A DNA stretch of 64,000 nucleotides from Candidatus Culexmicrobium cathedralense (GCA_025061115.1 JANZKC010000002.1:224001-288000), one strand, 5' to 3'. Shown: positions 20,686 through 31,465, counted from the stretch's first letter. Notes: generated by a model not told the origin, from the sequence alone. Program-made: numbers and translations.

Positions 20686-21084
20686 GTGAAAAATATGAAA
20701 TCCCTATTTTGGAAAACTAAATCTAAAAAACCTAAAAAGCAAAGAATAGCACTATTTAAAGCTCCACTCCACAAAAGGCACAAGTTAGTATCAGCTCCTC
20801 TCTCACCCGAATTACGGGCAAAATATGGTAGAAGATCATTTCCCGTTAGGAAGGGCGATACCGTTCTAATCATGAGAGGAGACTACGCAGGTTATGAAGG
20901 TAAAGTTCTTCGCGTTGACTTGAAGAAATATAGAATTCATATTGAAGGAGTTACGAGAAGAAAAGCTGACGGGACAATAATCTACGTCCCAATTCACCCG
21001 TCAAAGGTTATGATTACTAAGCTAGACCTATCCGATCCAAGAAGAAAGGAAGCTCTTGAAAAAGCCAAGGTAGAGGTGAAGTAG
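20686..21084 (+). CDS. rpl24: 50S ribosomal protein L24
   Basis: APLHKR, KOW motif VRKGDTVLIMRG, PIHPSKVMITKL. Confidence 0.96.
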   Translation: MKNMKSLFWKTKSKKPKKQRIALFKAPLHKRHKLVSAPLSPELRAKYGRRSFPVRKGDTVLIMRGDYAGYEGKVLRVDLKKYRIHIEGVTRRKADGTIIYVPIHPSKVMITKLDLSDPRRKEALEKAKVEVK

Positions 21085-21085
21085 C

Positions 21086-21844
21086 ATGGGAAGAAAGGGT
21101 CCAAAAAGACACTTGAAGAGATTTCCTGCACCAGCATTTTGGCCAATACCAAGAAAAGCGTACAAATTTGCAGTTAAGCCAAGCCCAGGCCCACATCCCC
21201 TAGAAAGATGCATACCACTTCTAGTTGTTATGAGAGAAATTCTAGGATATGCGGAAACAGCAAGAGAAGCCAAGAGAATTATAAAGGAAGGGCATATTAA
21301 AGTCGATGGAATAGTTAGGAAAGACCATAAATTCCCAGTAGGGCTAATGGACGTAATTGAAATAACAAAGACGAATGAATACTACAGAGTACTACCGCAC
21401 CCCCAGAAGGGACTCACCCTCCACCCAATAACTCAGGAGGAAGCTTCATTCAAGCTATGCAGAATAGAAAATAAAACAACAGTAAAGGGAGGACACGTGC
21501 AGCTAAATCTCCACGACGGAAGAAACCACTTGATAAGAGTTGCAGACCCCAAAAAGCCCGTTGAAGACATCTACAAGACAATGGACGTGCTTAAAATATC
21601 CATTCCAAATCAAGATATACTTGACCACATCAAGTTCGGCGAAGGAACTATTGCAGTAGTAATAGGAGGCAAAAACATAGGCTTAGTAGGCAAAGTAGTC
21701 AAAATTGAGAGGGGATTTGGAAGGCTTAGAAGCGTAGTAACCTTGGAGAGCCCTAAAAACGACATATTCAAAACAAGCTTAACATACACATTCGCAATCG
21801 GAGTAGAAGAACCAATAATTTCACTGCCAAAAGAGGTGATGTAA
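21086..21844 (+). CDS. rps4e: 30S ribosomal protein S4e
   Basis: GPKRHLKR, PGPH, FPVGLMDV, LHDGRN. Confidence 0.97.
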   Translation: MGRKGPKRHLKRFPAPAFWPIPRKAYKFAVKPSPGPHPLERCIPLLVVMREILGYAETAREAKRIIKEGHIKVDGIVRKDHKFPVGLMDVIEITKTNEYYRVLPHPQKGLTLHPITQEEASFKLCRIENKTTVKGGHVQLNLHDGRNHLIRVADPKKPVEDIYKTMDVLKISIPNQDILDHIKFGEGTIAVVIGGKNIGLVGKVVKIERGFGRLRSVVTLESPKNDIFKTSLTYTFAIGVEEPIISLPKEVM

Positions 21845-21845
21845 A

Positions 21846-22385
21846 ATGGAAGTAGAGCAAAAGCAATTAATCAACCCAATGAAACAAGTAAGGCTCGCAA
21901 AGGTAGTCGTAAACATGGCAGTAGGAACTTCAGGAGAAAAGCTGGAAAACGCAGTTAAAGTTTTGGAAAGCTTAACTGGCCAAAAGCCATCGAGGAGAAA
22001 AGCAAAAAGGACGATAAGGGAATTTGGAATAAGAAGAGGAGAAAACATAGCATGCGTGGTAACTCTCCGAAGAGAAAAAGCTGTAGAATTCTTGCGTAAA
22101 GCTTTAGCTGCAGTTGGAAATAGAATTAAGGCATCAAGCTTTGATGATTATGGAAACGTTTCATTTGGAATTAAAGAACACATAGATATTCCAGGAACTA
22201 AATATGATCCAAATATAGGAATATTTGGCATGGATGTGTGCATATCCTTTGAAAAGCCGGGATATAGAGTCATGAGAAGAAGAATTAAGAGATCTAAAGT
22301 AGGTAAAGCTCATAGAGTAACTAAATTTGAAGCCATGGAGTATCTCAAGAGGGAATTTGGAGTTGAAATAGTTGAGGAGGATTAG
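21846..22385 (+). CDS. rpl5: 50S ribosomal protein L5
   Basis: [27 protein letters not shown]. Confidence 0.97.
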   Translation: MEVEQKQLINPMKQVRLAKVVVNMAVGTSGEKLENAVKVLESLTGQKPSRRKAKRTIREFGIRRGENIACVVTLRREKAVEFLRKALAAVGNRIKASSFDDYGNVSFGIKEHIDIPGTKYDPNIGIFGMDVCISFEKPGYRVMRRRIKRSKVGKAHRVTKFEAMEYLKREFGVEIVEED

Positions 22386-22387
22386 CC

Positions 22388-22552
22388 ATGGGCAAGTATA
22401 AGCCGCCGAAAATCAGGAAATTCGGAAAGGGAAGCCGCCCCTGCCGAAGGTGCGGCTCCTTTGGCCCAGTAATTAGAAAATATGGATTAAACCTCTGTAG
22501 GCAGTGCTTCAGAGAAGTGGCAGAAAAAATTGGATTTAAGAAGTACATGTGA
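22388..22552 (+). CDS. rps14: 30S ribosomal protein S14 (Zn-binding), 54 aa, absent from the ORF track
   Basis: Hand translation: [54 protein letters not shown]. Confidence 0.96.
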   Translation: MGKYKPPKIRKFGKGSRPCRRCGSFGPVIRKYGLNLCRQCFREVAEKIGFKKYM

Positions 22553-22562
22553 GGTGAAAGCC

Positions 22563-22955
22563 GTGACCATGATGGACACCCTTTCAAATGCGTTGGCTAC
22601 AATAATGAACAATGAAATTAGAGGCAGAAAGGATTGCATAATAACGCCAGCCTCAAAGCTAATTGCAAACGTATTAAGAGTGATGCAGAGGTACGGATAT
22701 GTAGGCGAAATAGAATTAATAGATGATGGAAGAAGTGGCAAAATCAGAGTTCAACTGCTTGGAAGAATAAATAAGTGCGGAGCAATAAAGCCGAGATTCC
22801 CAGTGAAGTACAAGAAAATTGAAGAGTGGGAAAAGCAGTACTTGCCAGCTAGAGACGTAGGAATACTTATAGTTTCGACGCCAAAGGGAGTAATATCACA
22901 TAAAGAAGCAAAACAAATGAAAATTGGAGGAATACTTCTAGCATACGTCTACTAG
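22563..22955 (+). CDS. rps8: 30S ribosomal protein S8
   Basis: DTLSNAL..I.NNE, DDGRSG, GRINKCG, STPKG. Start is GTG 22563 or ATG 22569 after the GAGGTGA SD. Confidence 0.96.
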   Translation: MTMMDTLSNALATIMNNEIRGRKDCIITPASKLIANVLRVMQRYGYVGEIELIDDGRSGKIRVQLLGRINKCGAIKPRFPVKYKKIEEWEKQYLPARDVGILIVSTPKGVISHKEAKQMKIGGILLAYVY

Positions 22956-22964
22956 GTGATTTAA

Positions 22965-23507
22965 ATGCCAAAGCTATTTAGAATCCATCAAAAAGTTGAA
23001 GTCCCTCAAGAAGTTGAAGTTAAGGTTGAGGGGTCAAAGGTAGTTGTTAGTGGCCCCCTAGGCCACCTCGAAAAGGACTTCTCGCATGCTAGGGGAATTC
23101 AAATCAGGCTTCTCGATGATAAGAACATCATTATCGAAGCATATGCCCCAAAAAAAAGGGAGCAAGCATTAGTAGGCACAATTGCAGGCCACATAAAAAA
23201 CATGATTAAGGGAGTAACTAAGGGATTTAAATATAAGCTTAAAATCGTTTACGCTCACTTCCCCATATCAGTGAAAGTTAAGGGAGACAAAATCGTAATA
23301 GAAAACTTCCTCGGAGAAAAAGTGCCAAGAATAGCTAAAATAGTTGGAGACGTGAAAGTTAAAGTTCAAGGAGACGACATCATAGTTGAAGGCATAGACA
23401 TAGAAGCCGTAGGGCAAACAGCTGCCAACATTGAGCTCGCCACCAAGATAAAAGATAAGGATCCCAGAGTATTCCTAGACGGAATATACGTATACTCAAA
23501 GGAGTGA
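22965..23507 (+). CDS. rpl6: 50S ribosomal protein L6
   Basis: YAHFPI, NFLGEK, DPRVFLDGIY. Confidence 0.97.
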   Translation: MPKLFRIHQKVEVPQEVEVKVEGSKVVVSGPLGHLEKDFSHARGIQIRLLDDKNIIIEAYAPKKREQALVGTIAGHIKNMIKGVTKGFKYKLKIVYAHFPISVKVKGDKIVIENFLGEKVPRIAKIVGDVKVKVQGDDIIVEGIDIEAVGQTAANIELATKIKDKDPRVFLDGIYVYSKE

Positions 23508-23926
23508 AGAACATGAGAAGTGAAAGCGAAAGATTGAAGAAACTACTAAAGCTCAGAATAAAATTAAAACGTAAAAAGCCCGAATTCCTTAGACCTTGGC
23601 ACTGGAGGCTTAAGCGCCTAGGCACGGCATGGAGAAGGCCCAAAGGGCTAGACGACAAGATAGCCCATAAGCGCAAGGGATACCCACCCCTGGTAGAAGT
23701 GGGCTACAGAGGACCGAGAGAAGTCAGAGGACTACATCCCTCAGGACTAGAAGAGAAACTTGTTTTCAACATAAAAGATCTCGAAGGCTTAGATCCTTCA
23801 AGACAAGCTATAAGAATCGCCCACACAGTAGGAAGAAGAAAGAAAGCAGAGATAGTTAAGAGAGCAATCAAACTAGGGTTAAAAATATTAAATCCGGGAG
23901 AATTTATGGAAGAAGCTAAAGAGTAG
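23504..23926 (+). CDS. rpl32e: 50S ribosomal protein L32e
   Basis: WRRPKGLD, GYRGP..VRGLHPSG. Confidence 0.96.
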   Translation: MKNMRSESERLKKLLKLRIKLKRKKPEFLRPWHWRLKRLGTAWRRPKGLDDKIAHKRKGYPPLVEVGYRGPREVRGLHPSGLEEKLVFNIKDLEGLDPSRQAIRIAHTVGRRKKAEIVKRAIKLGLKILNPGEFMEEAKE

Positions 23927-23939
23927 TGAGGGCGTGAGA

Positions 23940-24389
23940 ATGCCACTAACGCTAAGAACTGTCCGGAGACTAGCGGCAGACATCCTTGGAGTAGGGGAAA
24001 ATAGAGTTTGGATCGACCCGGAAAATCTAGATAAAGTAGCTGAAGCAATGACGAGGGAGGACGTAAAGATACTCATCAGGCAAGGCTTAATCAAAGCGCG
24101 TCCAGAAAAGAGCATAAGCAGAGCGAGAATACGCATGAAGAGAGAAAAGAAGAAAAGAGGGAGGCGCAGGGGACCTGGAAGCAGGAAGGGCCCAACAATC
24201 AGGAGAAAGGAGCTCTGGATGATAAAGGTAAGAGCGCAGCGGAAATTCTTAAAGATGCTCAGAAAACGCAGAATAATAAACAGGACAGTTTATAGGAAGC
24301 TTTACATGATGGTGAAGGGAGGAGCATTCGACAGCACCTCACAAATAAAAACGTACATCCGTGAGCACGGCCTAGCAAGGAGGAGGTAA
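23940..24389 (+). CDS. rpl19e: 50S ribosomal protein L19e
   Basis: [35 protein letters not shown]. Confidence 0.96.
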   Translation: MPLTLRTVRRLAADILGVGENRVWIDPENLDKVAEAMTREDVKILIRQGLIKARPEKSISRARIRMKREKKKRGRRRGPGSRKGPTIRRKELWMIKVRAQRKFLKMLRKRRIINRTVYRKLYMMVKGGAFDSTSQIKTYIREHGLARRR

Positions 24390-24390
24390 A

Positions 24391-24987
24391 ATGGCGAGAG
24401 GACCTAGATATAAAGTTCCATTTAGAAGGCGGCGAGAAGGCAAGACAAATTACAGGAAAAGGCTTAAGCTGATATTGTCTGGGAAGCCCAGGCTAGTTGC
24501 AAGAAAAACAAACAATTACATAATAGCTCAAGTAATTGAAGCCCGAGTCGAAGGAGATGCAGTCCTGGCAGCAGCCCATTCAAAAGAACTTAGAAACTTC
24601 GGGTGGCTAGCAGCATGCGACAATACGCCAGCAGCATACCTCACAGGACTGCTAGCAGGATATAAAGCACTTAAGGCAGGAGTGGAAGAAGCGGTACTTG
24701 ACATAGGCTTGCACAGGCCAATTAAAGGCGCAAGGATATTCGCAGTGCTCAAAGGGGCAGTAGACGCAGGCCTACAAGTGCCCCACACCGAAGAGATACT
24801 TCCAAGCGAAGATAGAATTAGAGGAGAACATATAGCTGAATATGCGAATAGGTTAAAGGAAGAAGATCCGATGCTATATGAGAAGATCTTCTCCCAATAC
24901 TTAAGGAGAGGGCTGCCTCCAGAGGATCTCCCATCCCACTTCGATGAAATTAAGGAAAAAATAATCAAATCATATGGAGGTGAGTAG
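24391..24987 (+). CDS. rpl18: 50S ribosomal protein L18
   Basis: [31 protein letters not shown]. Confidence 0.97.
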   Translation: MARGPRYKVPFRRRREGKTNYRKRLKLILSGKPRLVARKTNNYIIAQVIEARVEGDAVLAAAHSKELRNFGWLAACDNTPAAYLTGLLAGYKALKAGVEEAVLDIGLHRPIKGARIFAVLKGAVDAGLQVPHTEEILPSEDRIRGEHIAEYANRLKEEDPMLYEKIFSQYLRRGLPPEDLPSHFDEIKEKIIKSYGGE

Positions 24988-25611
24988 ATGTCTCAAGCTC
25001 AATTTGGCATAGAAGAATGGACTCCAAGAACAACTTTAGGTAAGCTAGTTAAGGAAGGAAAAATCGCTTCAATCCATCAAATATTCGCAGCCAATCTCCC
25101 CATAATGGAGCCACAAATAATAGACATACTTGTACCCGAACTAAAGCACGAAATCGTAGACATTAGCATCGTCCAAAAGCAGACGGACGCCGGAGAAATA
25201 AGCAGGTTTAAAGTTGCAGTAATAGTAGGCGATGAAAACGGGCTGGTAGGCATTGGAACAGCAAAAGCTAAGCAACTGAGATTTGCAATAAACAAGGCAA
25301 TTGAAAATGCAAAGCTAAACGTCATTCCAGTTAAAAGGGGATGCGGAAGCTGGGAGTGCTCCTGCAATAGACCTCACAGCGTACCATACAAGGTTGTCGG
25401 AAAAAGCGGCAGCGTAGAAGTCACATTAATACCAGCACCAAGAGGAGTTGGACTCGTAGCCGGAGATATAGCAAAAGTAGTTCTACGCCTAGCTGGAATA
25501 CAAGACGTTTGGACCAAGACAAAGGGAGAGACAAGAACCACGCTTAACTTCGCCAAAGCAACATATGAAGCCCTAAGAAAAACATACAAGTTTAAGTTTA
25601 TGGGAGCCTGA
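24988..25611 (+). CDS. rps5: 30S ribosomal protein S5
   Basis: WTPRTTLG, RGCGSWEC, PAPRGVGLV, GIQDVW. Confidence 0.97.
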   Translation: MSQAQFGIEEWTPRTTLGKLVKEGKIASIHQIFAANLPIMEPQIIDILVPELKHEIVDISIVQKQTDAGEISRFKVAVIVGDENGLVGIGTAKAKQLRFAINKAIENAKLNVIPVKRGCGSWECSCNRPHSVPYKVVGKSGSVEVTLIPAPRGVGLVAGDIAKVVLRLAGIQDVWTKTKGETRTTLNFAKATYEALRKTYKFKFMGA

Positions 25612-25617
25612 TGAGCA

Positions 25618-26091
25618 TTGCCAAAGCTACTCGCAGTAATAAGAATTAGAGGCAGAATAGGAGTTAGAGGAGAAGCACAAGACACTCTAAAAATGCTCAG
25701 ACTACATAGAAAAAACCACGCAGTAATAATAGACGACAGGCCATCCTACCTGGGAATGCTGAAAAAAGTAGCCGACTACGTGACTTGGGGAGAAATAAAC
25801 TCGGAAACGCTTGCACTACTCCTCAAAAGAAGAGGAGAGCTAAAAGGCGGCAAAAAATTAACTGAAAAATACATTAAAGAAAAACTCGGATTAAACAGCA
25901 TAGAAGATCTAGCCCATGCAATATTTGAAGGCAAGATATCGCTAAAGGACATTCCAGATTTAAAGCCCGTATTTAGACTTCACCCACCAAGCGGCGGATT
26001 CAAGGGAAGCACAAAAAAGCACTACAAAGCAGGCGGCGAGCTAGGCTATAGGGGAACAGCCATCAACGAGCTAATCAGGAAAATGTGCTAA
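25618..26091 (+). CDS. rpl30: 50S ribosomal protein L30 (archaeal long form)
   Basis: [29 protein letters not shown]. Confidence 0.96.
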   Translation: MPKLLAVIRIRGRIGVRGEAQDTLKMLRLHRKNHAVIIDDRPSYLGMLKKVADYVTWGEINSETLALLLKRRGELKGGKKLTEKYIKEKLGLNSIEDLAHAIFEGKISLKDIPDLKPVFRLHPPSGGFKGSTKKHYKAGGELGYRGTAINELIRKMC

Positions 26092-26110
26092 TACTTGGAG
26101 GAACAAATTC

Positions 26111-26614
26111 ATGGTTAAAGACTTTTGGTTTGAAGATGCTGAGGGAGATGATTTCATCGACGAAGTAAACAGCATAAGCGAAGCAATTATGAAAATATTG
26201 AGAGAGCTCCTAAATCACCCTCTTGAAGATGAGCAATACAATGAGCCCCGCATATACAATTTCTCAATCTCACTCAACCCCATAGACGAACACGACATCA
26301 TAAATTTAAGGGATTTAAATTTTGAACGTTCATACTTTGAATATGATGAGCCTCTCATAGACATAGTTGAAGACAAAAACTCATTGAAAGTTTACGTCGA
26401 GCTTCCTGGAGTAAGGAAGGAGGACATCAAAATTAAGGCTACGGAAAGAAAAATAACAGTAGCCATAGAAAATCAAGATGGAAAGTATTATAAGGAGATA
26501 CACCTACCTTCAAAAGTTAAGCCTGAAAAGGCTAAGGCAACATTTAGAAATGGCGTGTTAGAAGTAACTTTTGAGAAGAAAAATTTTAGGCTGTGGAAGA
26601 AGCTGAAAAGGTGA
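26111..26614 (+). CDS. Small heat-shock protein Hsp20
   Basis: EPLIDIVE...VELPGVRKEDI...KATFRNGVLEV alpha-crystallin domain. Confidence 0.92.
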   Translation: MVKDFWFEDAEGDDFIDEVNSISEAIMKILRELLNHPLEDEQYNEPRIYNFSISLNPIDEHDIINLRDLNFERSYFEYDEPLIDIVEDKNSLKVYVELPGVRKEDIKIKATERKITVAIENQDGKYYKEIHLPSKVKPEKAKATFRNGVLEVTFEKKNFRLWKKLKR

Positions 26615-26619
26615 GTGCG

Positions 26620-27060
26620 ATGGTCGTTAGAAGAAGGAAGAAAATTCGAAAATATAGAGGTAGCAGGACGTGCGGATGGGGAATAACGGGACAGCATAAG
26701 GGACGAGGATTAAAAGGCGGATTTGGCAAAGCTGGAAGGCACAAGCACCACTGGACTTGGGTTGTAAAGTACGCTCCAGACTACTTTGGCAAAAAAGGGT
26801 TTAAAACCCCAATATCAACAACTCCAAAGGTAAATGCAATAAATGTAGGTTACCTAGACGAAATTGCAACCGAACTAGCAAAAAAGGGCTTAGTGGAAGT
26901 CAAAAATGGAAAAATTGTAGTCAATGTAATTAAACTCGGATATAATCGAGTTTTAGGATCCGGAAAGGTCACAAAGCCGCTTGTGGTAATGGCTCCATAC
27001 TTCTCAAGGAAGGCAGAGGAGAAAATAGCTCAAGCCGGCGGAGAAGTAATTAAGCTATAA
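26620..27060 (+). CDS. rpl15: 50S ribosomal protein L15
   Basis: RKYRGSRTCGWG, YFGKKGF, VLGSG. ATG at 26620. Confidence 0.96.
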   Translation: MVVRRRKKIRKYRGSRTCGWGITGQHKGRGLKGGFGKAGRHKHHWTWVVKYAPDYFGKKGFKTPISTTPKVNAINVGYLDEIATELAKKGLVEVKNGKIVVNVIKLGYNRVLGSGKVTKPLVVMAPYFSRKAEEKIAQAGGEVIKL

Positions 27061-27093
27061 ACAGCCAATTTAACTGGTAGAGCGTGAAACGCT

Positions 27094-28506
27094 ATGGTGC
27101 GCGCACTAGATGTAATTGAACCATTAATTAAAGTACTTCCAGAAGTTTCAAGGCCTAAAAGAAAGCTTGCCCTAAGAGAGAGGTTTATTTGGACTGCAAT
27201 AGTACTCACCATATACTTGATAATGAGTGAAATACCACTCTACGGAATCGTTAGAGGGGTAGGGTACGACCCATTCCTTTACATGAGAATGTTGTTTGCA
27301 TCCAAGCGAGGAACACTGATGGAGCTCGGAATAGGCCCAATAGTCACCGCAGGATTAATCATGCAACTGCTAGTAGGATCAAAAATATTAGATCTAGATT
27401 TCACGAACCCCGAAGATAGAGCTTTATTTACAGGGGCACAAAAATTAATGGCTGTTTTATGGGCTGGAATACAGGCATTCGCATACATTTTCGGCGGATA
27501 TTTCGGCTCACTTCCAATAGACGCTGCCATTCTAGTATTCGTACAGCTCGTAGCAGCTTCAATCATAGTAATGCTTTTAGACGAAATGGTGCAAAAAGGC
27601 TGGGGAATTGGAAGCGGCGTAAGCCTATTCATAGCAGCAGGAGTAGCTCAGCAAATAGCATGGCACACATTCTCCCCGCTATACGCAAGAGATGGAAAAT
27701 ACCTTGGAGCAGTTCTAGCATTCATACAAACCATAGTAAATGGAGAAAACATTTGGAATGCATTCGTAAGGCCCGGAGCCCTTCCAAGCATGGCTGGGCT
27801 ACTAACAACCATTGCAATATTCATCATAGTAATATACCTCGAAGGAGTAAGAATAGAGGTCCCAGTAGCACTCCCAAGATACAGAGGGCTAAGGACAAAA
27901 ATACCCTTAAAATTCCTATACGTATCAAACATTCCAATAATATTCACTTCAATGCTATTCGTAGACTTCAAAATAATATCACTCCTAATTTGGAGGCAAT
28001 TCAACCCAGATAACTCAAACGCGCTTCTCAACTGGCTTGGAATGTTCAACGCCACCGACAATAGCCCAATAGGAGGCTTGGCCTACTACGTAACTCCACC
28101 AACTGGACTTCAATCAGTAATGCAAGACCCACTCCACCCACTCATATACGCCATCCTACTGATAATCAGCGCAGTTATCTTCGCAGTTATATGGGTTGAA
28201 ACTTCAGGATTAAACCCAACAGATCAAGCACAGCAACTAGTACAAGCAGGACTTCAAATACCAGGCTTTAGAAGCTCACCCAAAATTATCGAGAGACTCC
28301 TCCGCAAATACATTCCAACACTTACAGTTCTCAGCGGCATCATAGTTGCTCTAATAGCAGCCATCGCAGACATCATAGGTGCAATAGGTTCAGGAATGGG
28401 AGTCCTACTAACGGTGGGAATACTCTATCAGTACTGGAGCATTCTAACTCAAGAGCAAATAGAAGAACTATATCCAGTAGTGAGAAGAATAATGGGAGAA
28501 AAGTAG
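27094..28506 (+). CDS. secY: Preprotein translocase SecY
   Basis: GTLMELGIGPIVTAG, GIGSGVSLFIA, LYVSNIP, IPGFR; about 10 TM helices. Confidence 0.97.
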   Translation: MVRALDVIEPLIKVLPEVSRPKRKLALRERFIWTAIVLTIYLIMSEIPLYGIVRGVGYDPFLYMRMLFASKRGTLMELGIGPIVTAGLIMQLLVGSKILDLDFTNPEDRALFTGAQKLMAVLWAGIQAFAYIFGGYFGSLPIDAAILVFVQLVAASIIVMLLDEMVQKGWGIGSGVSLFIAAGVAQQIAWHTFSPLYARDGKYLGAVLAFIQTIVNGENIWNAFVRPGALPSMAGLLTTIAIFIIVIYLEGVRIEVPVALPRYRGLRTKIPLKFLYVSNIPIIFTSMLFVDFKIISLLIWRQFNPDNSNALLNWLGMFNATDNSPIGGLAYYVTPPTGLQSVMQDPLHPLIYAILLIISAVIFAVIWVETSGLNPTDQAQQLVQAGLQIPGFRSSPKIIERLLRKYIPTLTVLSGIIVALIAAIADIIGAIGSGMGVLLTVGILYQYWSILTQEQIEELYPVVRRIMGEK

Positions 28507-28573
28507 CAATATTTTTAACTACAACAATAATAACTCAAACAGCTACTATAAACTAGGAGCGAGCGGGGCTGAA

Positions 28574-29071
28574 ATGCTAGATTGGCTCGTAAAACTGATA
28601 TCAGACCTATTAGGTCCATACAAGTACCCTCCACTATCCACAATATCAGTTTTAGCCATAAGCCTAGGAGTTGGTCTTACAACCGTCCTTGCAAATCACC
28701 TCCTCCTCGACATCAAAAAGCTGAGGAGCTACTCGCAGGAAATAAACGAGTGGAGAAGAGAAATGAGAAAAGCGCTAATGAGTGGAGATAGAAAGCTAAT
28801 GGTTAAACTTAAGAAGAAGGAGCCCTACATAAGGAAAATCGAAGCTGAAGTCATGGCTGAAAGAATGAAGCCATCACTCATATTCATGCTCCCACTCTGG
28901 ATATTCTTCATAATTTTCGCTGGAGCATTTACAACTGAAATTGGCTATGTAGCTCAACTCCCATTCACCCTGCCATTTGCAGGGGACAAAGCTAATTTCG
29001 TAACATGGTACATCATATGCTCACTCTTAACCCTTCCACTCCTCCAAAAGGCATTTAAGTTATCATTCTAA
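28574..29071 (+). CDS. DUF106 / EMC3-TMCO1 (Oxa1 superfamily) membrane protein
   Basis: TM-coiled coil-TM layout, MKP motif, C-terminal WYIICS; conserved position after secY. Confidence 0.85.
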   Translation: MLDWLVKLISDLLGPYKYPPLSTISVLAISLGVGLTTVLANHLLLDIKKLRSYSQEINEWRREMRKALMSGDRKLMVKLKKKEPYIRKIEAEVMAERMKPSLIFMLPLWIFFIIFAGAFTTEIGYVAQLPFTLPFAGDKANFVTWYIICSLLTLPLLQKAFKLSF

Positions 29072-29072
29072 G

Positions 29073-29357
29073 GTGAGAAAAATGCCTAGAGGAACCTACA
29101 GGTCGAGAAGCTATAGAAGGAGATATGTAAGAACACCTGGAGGAAGAGGGGTAATCCACTACTTTAAGAGAAGGCCAAATCCAGCTAAATGCGCAATATG
29201 CAAAAGAGAGCTTCACGGAGTTCCGAGATTAAGGCCATCAAAGCTAAGAAAACTGCCAAAAAGCTCTAGGAGGCCAAACAGACCATATGGAGGAAACCTT
29301 TGCCCAGCATGCCTAGAAAGACTACTTAAAATAACAGTCAGGGAGGCAGAAACATAG
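29073..29357 (+). CDS. rpl34e: 50S ribosomal protein L34e
   Basis: [21 protein letters not shown]. Confidence 0.96.
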   Translation: MRKMPRGTYRSRSYRRRYVRTPGGRGVIHYFKRRPNPAKCAICKRELHGVPRLRPSKLRKLPKSSRRPNRPYGGNLCPACLERLLKITVREAET

Positions 29358-29921
29358 TTGGCAAATAACCTAGTAATAACGGTTAGCGGCCCCCCAGGCT
29401 CAGGAAAAACTAGGCACGCCAAAAGAATAGCCGAAATCTTCGGGTTAAGGTACTTCTCAATTGGAAAATACTTCAGAGAGCTAGCATTAAAACAAGGAAT
29501 AACGCTGGAAAAATTCCACTTAAAGGCAGAAAGGAACAGCCAATACGACTTTGAAGTTGATAAAAGAGCCATCATAGAAGCTAAAAAGGGAAACGTTGTT
29601 CTAGATGGACATCTAACAGGTTGGATAGCAAAAAAGTACGCCGATATAAAAATATACTTAACAGCCCCACTGCGAATCAGAGCAAAAAGAATAGCAAAAA
29701 GAGATGGAAAAACACTCGAAGAAGCATTAGAGGAAATAAAAGTCAGAGAAGAAAGCAATAAGAAGAGGTATATGAAGTTTTATGGAATAGACCTCAACGA
29801 CCTAAGCATATACGACATAGTAATAAACACTGAAAAGTGGAGCGAACAAGAAGTCGAAGAAGTACTGGTAAAGCTCATCAAAAGCTACATTGAAAGGAAG
29901 AAACAGCGAAACTCTTTTTAA
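29358..29921 (+). CDS. cmk: Cytidylate kinase
   Basis: SGPPGSGKT, RIAKRD, RY.KFYGID; conserved position. Confidence 0.92.
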   Translation: MANNLVITVSGPPGSGKTRHAKRIAEIFGLRYFSIGKYFRELALKQGITLEKFHLKAERNSQYDFEVDKRAIIEAKKGNVVLDGHLTGWIAKKYADIKIYLTAPLRIRAKRIAKRDGKTLEEALEEIKVREESNKKRYMKFYGIDLNDLSIYDIVINTEKWSEQEVEEVLVKLIKSYIERKKQRNSF

Positions 29922-29964
29922 TTTCAATGAAACTTAGATTAGCAGCCCAAGAGAGGCGGAGAAT

Positions 29965-30249
29965 ATGGCTGCCATCGAAATCGGAAGAATATGCGTAAAA
30001 ATTAGAGGAAGAGAAGCAGGAAGAAAATGCGTCATCGTAGATTTAATCGACGATAAATTCGTACTAATAACAGGACCAAAAGACGTAAGCGGAGTTAAAA
30101 GAAGAAGAGCAAATATTAAGCACATAGAGCCAACGAAAGACAAAATAGAAATAAAGCCAGGAGCAAGCGATGAAGAAGTTAAAAAAGCACTCCAAGAAGC
30201 AGGCCTAATAGACAAAATGAGAGAAGTAGTAAAGATAGAAATAAGCTAA
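29965..30249 (+). CDS. rpl14e: 50S ribosomal protein L14e
   Basis: [37 protein letters not shown]. Confidence 0.96.
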   Translation: MAAIEIGRICVKIRGREAGRKCVIVDLIDDKFVLITGPKDVSGVKRRRANIKHIEPTKDKIEIKPGASDEEVKKALQEAGLIDKMREVVKIEIS

Positions 30250-30293
30250 AGTTCTATAAACCCGAAATCACCTAAAATTATGGAGGAATAATA

Positions 30294-31312
30294 TTGACAT
30301 ATAAGAGGATATTGCCAGCAGATATTAAAAGAGAAGTGCTAGTAAAAGCTGAAGAACCAACAAATCCAAACTACGGATGCAAGCCAAACGAAAGGCCAAT
30401 AAAGAAGCACATAGAGCTAGGAGTAATAAATCTAGACAAGCCGCCTGGACCAACAAGCCACGAAGTAGTAGCATGGGTCAAAAGAATACTACAAGTAAAC
30501 AAAGCAGGACACGGCGGAACCCTAGAGCCCTAAAAGGGCGGGGAAATCCGAAAGTAACAGGTATTTTGCCTGTTGCACTTGAAAAAGCCACAAAAGCACT
30601 CAGAGGAATAGTGCACGCCGGCAAGGAGTACATTTGCGTAATGCGCCTCCACTCATCAGTAAGCGAAGAAAAACTAAGAAAAGTATGCGCAGAATTCGAA
30701 GGACCAATATATCAGCGCCCACCCCTCAAATCATCAGTAAAAAGAGTAGTCAGAATTAGAACAATCTATTACATAGACATACTCGAAATATCAGGCAGAG
30801 ACGTACTAATGAGAATCGGCTGCCAAGCAGGAACCTACATAAGAAAACTATGCCACGACATTGGAGAAGTACTAGGCGTAGGAGCACACATGCAAGAACT
30901 AAGAAGAACAAGATCAGGACCATTCAAAGAAGATGAAACCCTAGTAACCCTACACGACCTAAAAGATGCATACGACATATGGAAGGAAGAGAAAGACGAA
31001 ACGCAGCTGAGAAAAGTCATACTACCAGTAGAAGCAGCAGTTGCACACCTACCAAAAATAGTGATTAGAGACAGTGCAGTAGACGCAATATGCCATGGAG
31101 CAGATCTAGCAGCTCCAGGAGTACTCAGACTAGAAACCGGAATAAAGCGAAACACCCTAATAGCAATGATGACCCAAAAAGGAGAACTCGTAGCATTAGG
31201 CCAAGCAAAAATGACAAGCCAAGAAATACTTGAAGCAGAAAAAGGCATTGTAGCCAAAACTGTAAGAGTAATCATGGATAGAGGAACCTACCCAAAAATG
31301 TGGAGCAGCTAA
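30294..31312 (+). CDS. cbf5: H/ACA pseudouridine synthase Cbf5, split by a 20-nt BHB intron: join(30294..30525,30546..31312), 332 aa
   Basis: Two ORF-track fragments join on intron removal to restore [26 protein letters not shown] and a PUA domain are present. Confidence 0.93.
30526..30545 (+). other. Archaeal mRNA intron in cbf5 (BHB type)
   Basis: AGCCCTAAAAGGGCGGGGAA. Central helix CCCT/GGGG, bulges AG|A and AA|A, intron hairpin GCCCT/AGGGC. It splits the catalytic Asp codon G|AT and contains an in-frame TAA. Confidence 0.9.
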
Positions 31313-31361
31313 GCAACGACAAGACAAATTAAAATACTTAAACTCATCCATTTGAATTAGA

Positions 31362-31465
31362 GCCGGGGTAGCCTAGCCAGGATCAAGGCGCAGGCCTGGA
31401 GAAAGACTCCCGTAAGCCTGTGCCCCACACGGGGCTCGCGGGTTCAAATCCCGCCCCCGGCGCCA
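31362..31465 (+). tRNA. tRNA-Ser(GGA) with 13-nt intron at 37/38 (31402-31414)
   Basis: Acceptor GCCGGGG/CCCCGGC + G-CCA, CAGGC-CT-GGA-G|A-GCCTG, long variable arm, TTCAAAT. Confidence 0.9.

Noticed and set aside
30294-31312. cbf5 as a frameshifted pseudogene or programmed frameshift
   Set aside because: A 20-nt BHB intron at the known position restores the frame and the catalytic Asp.
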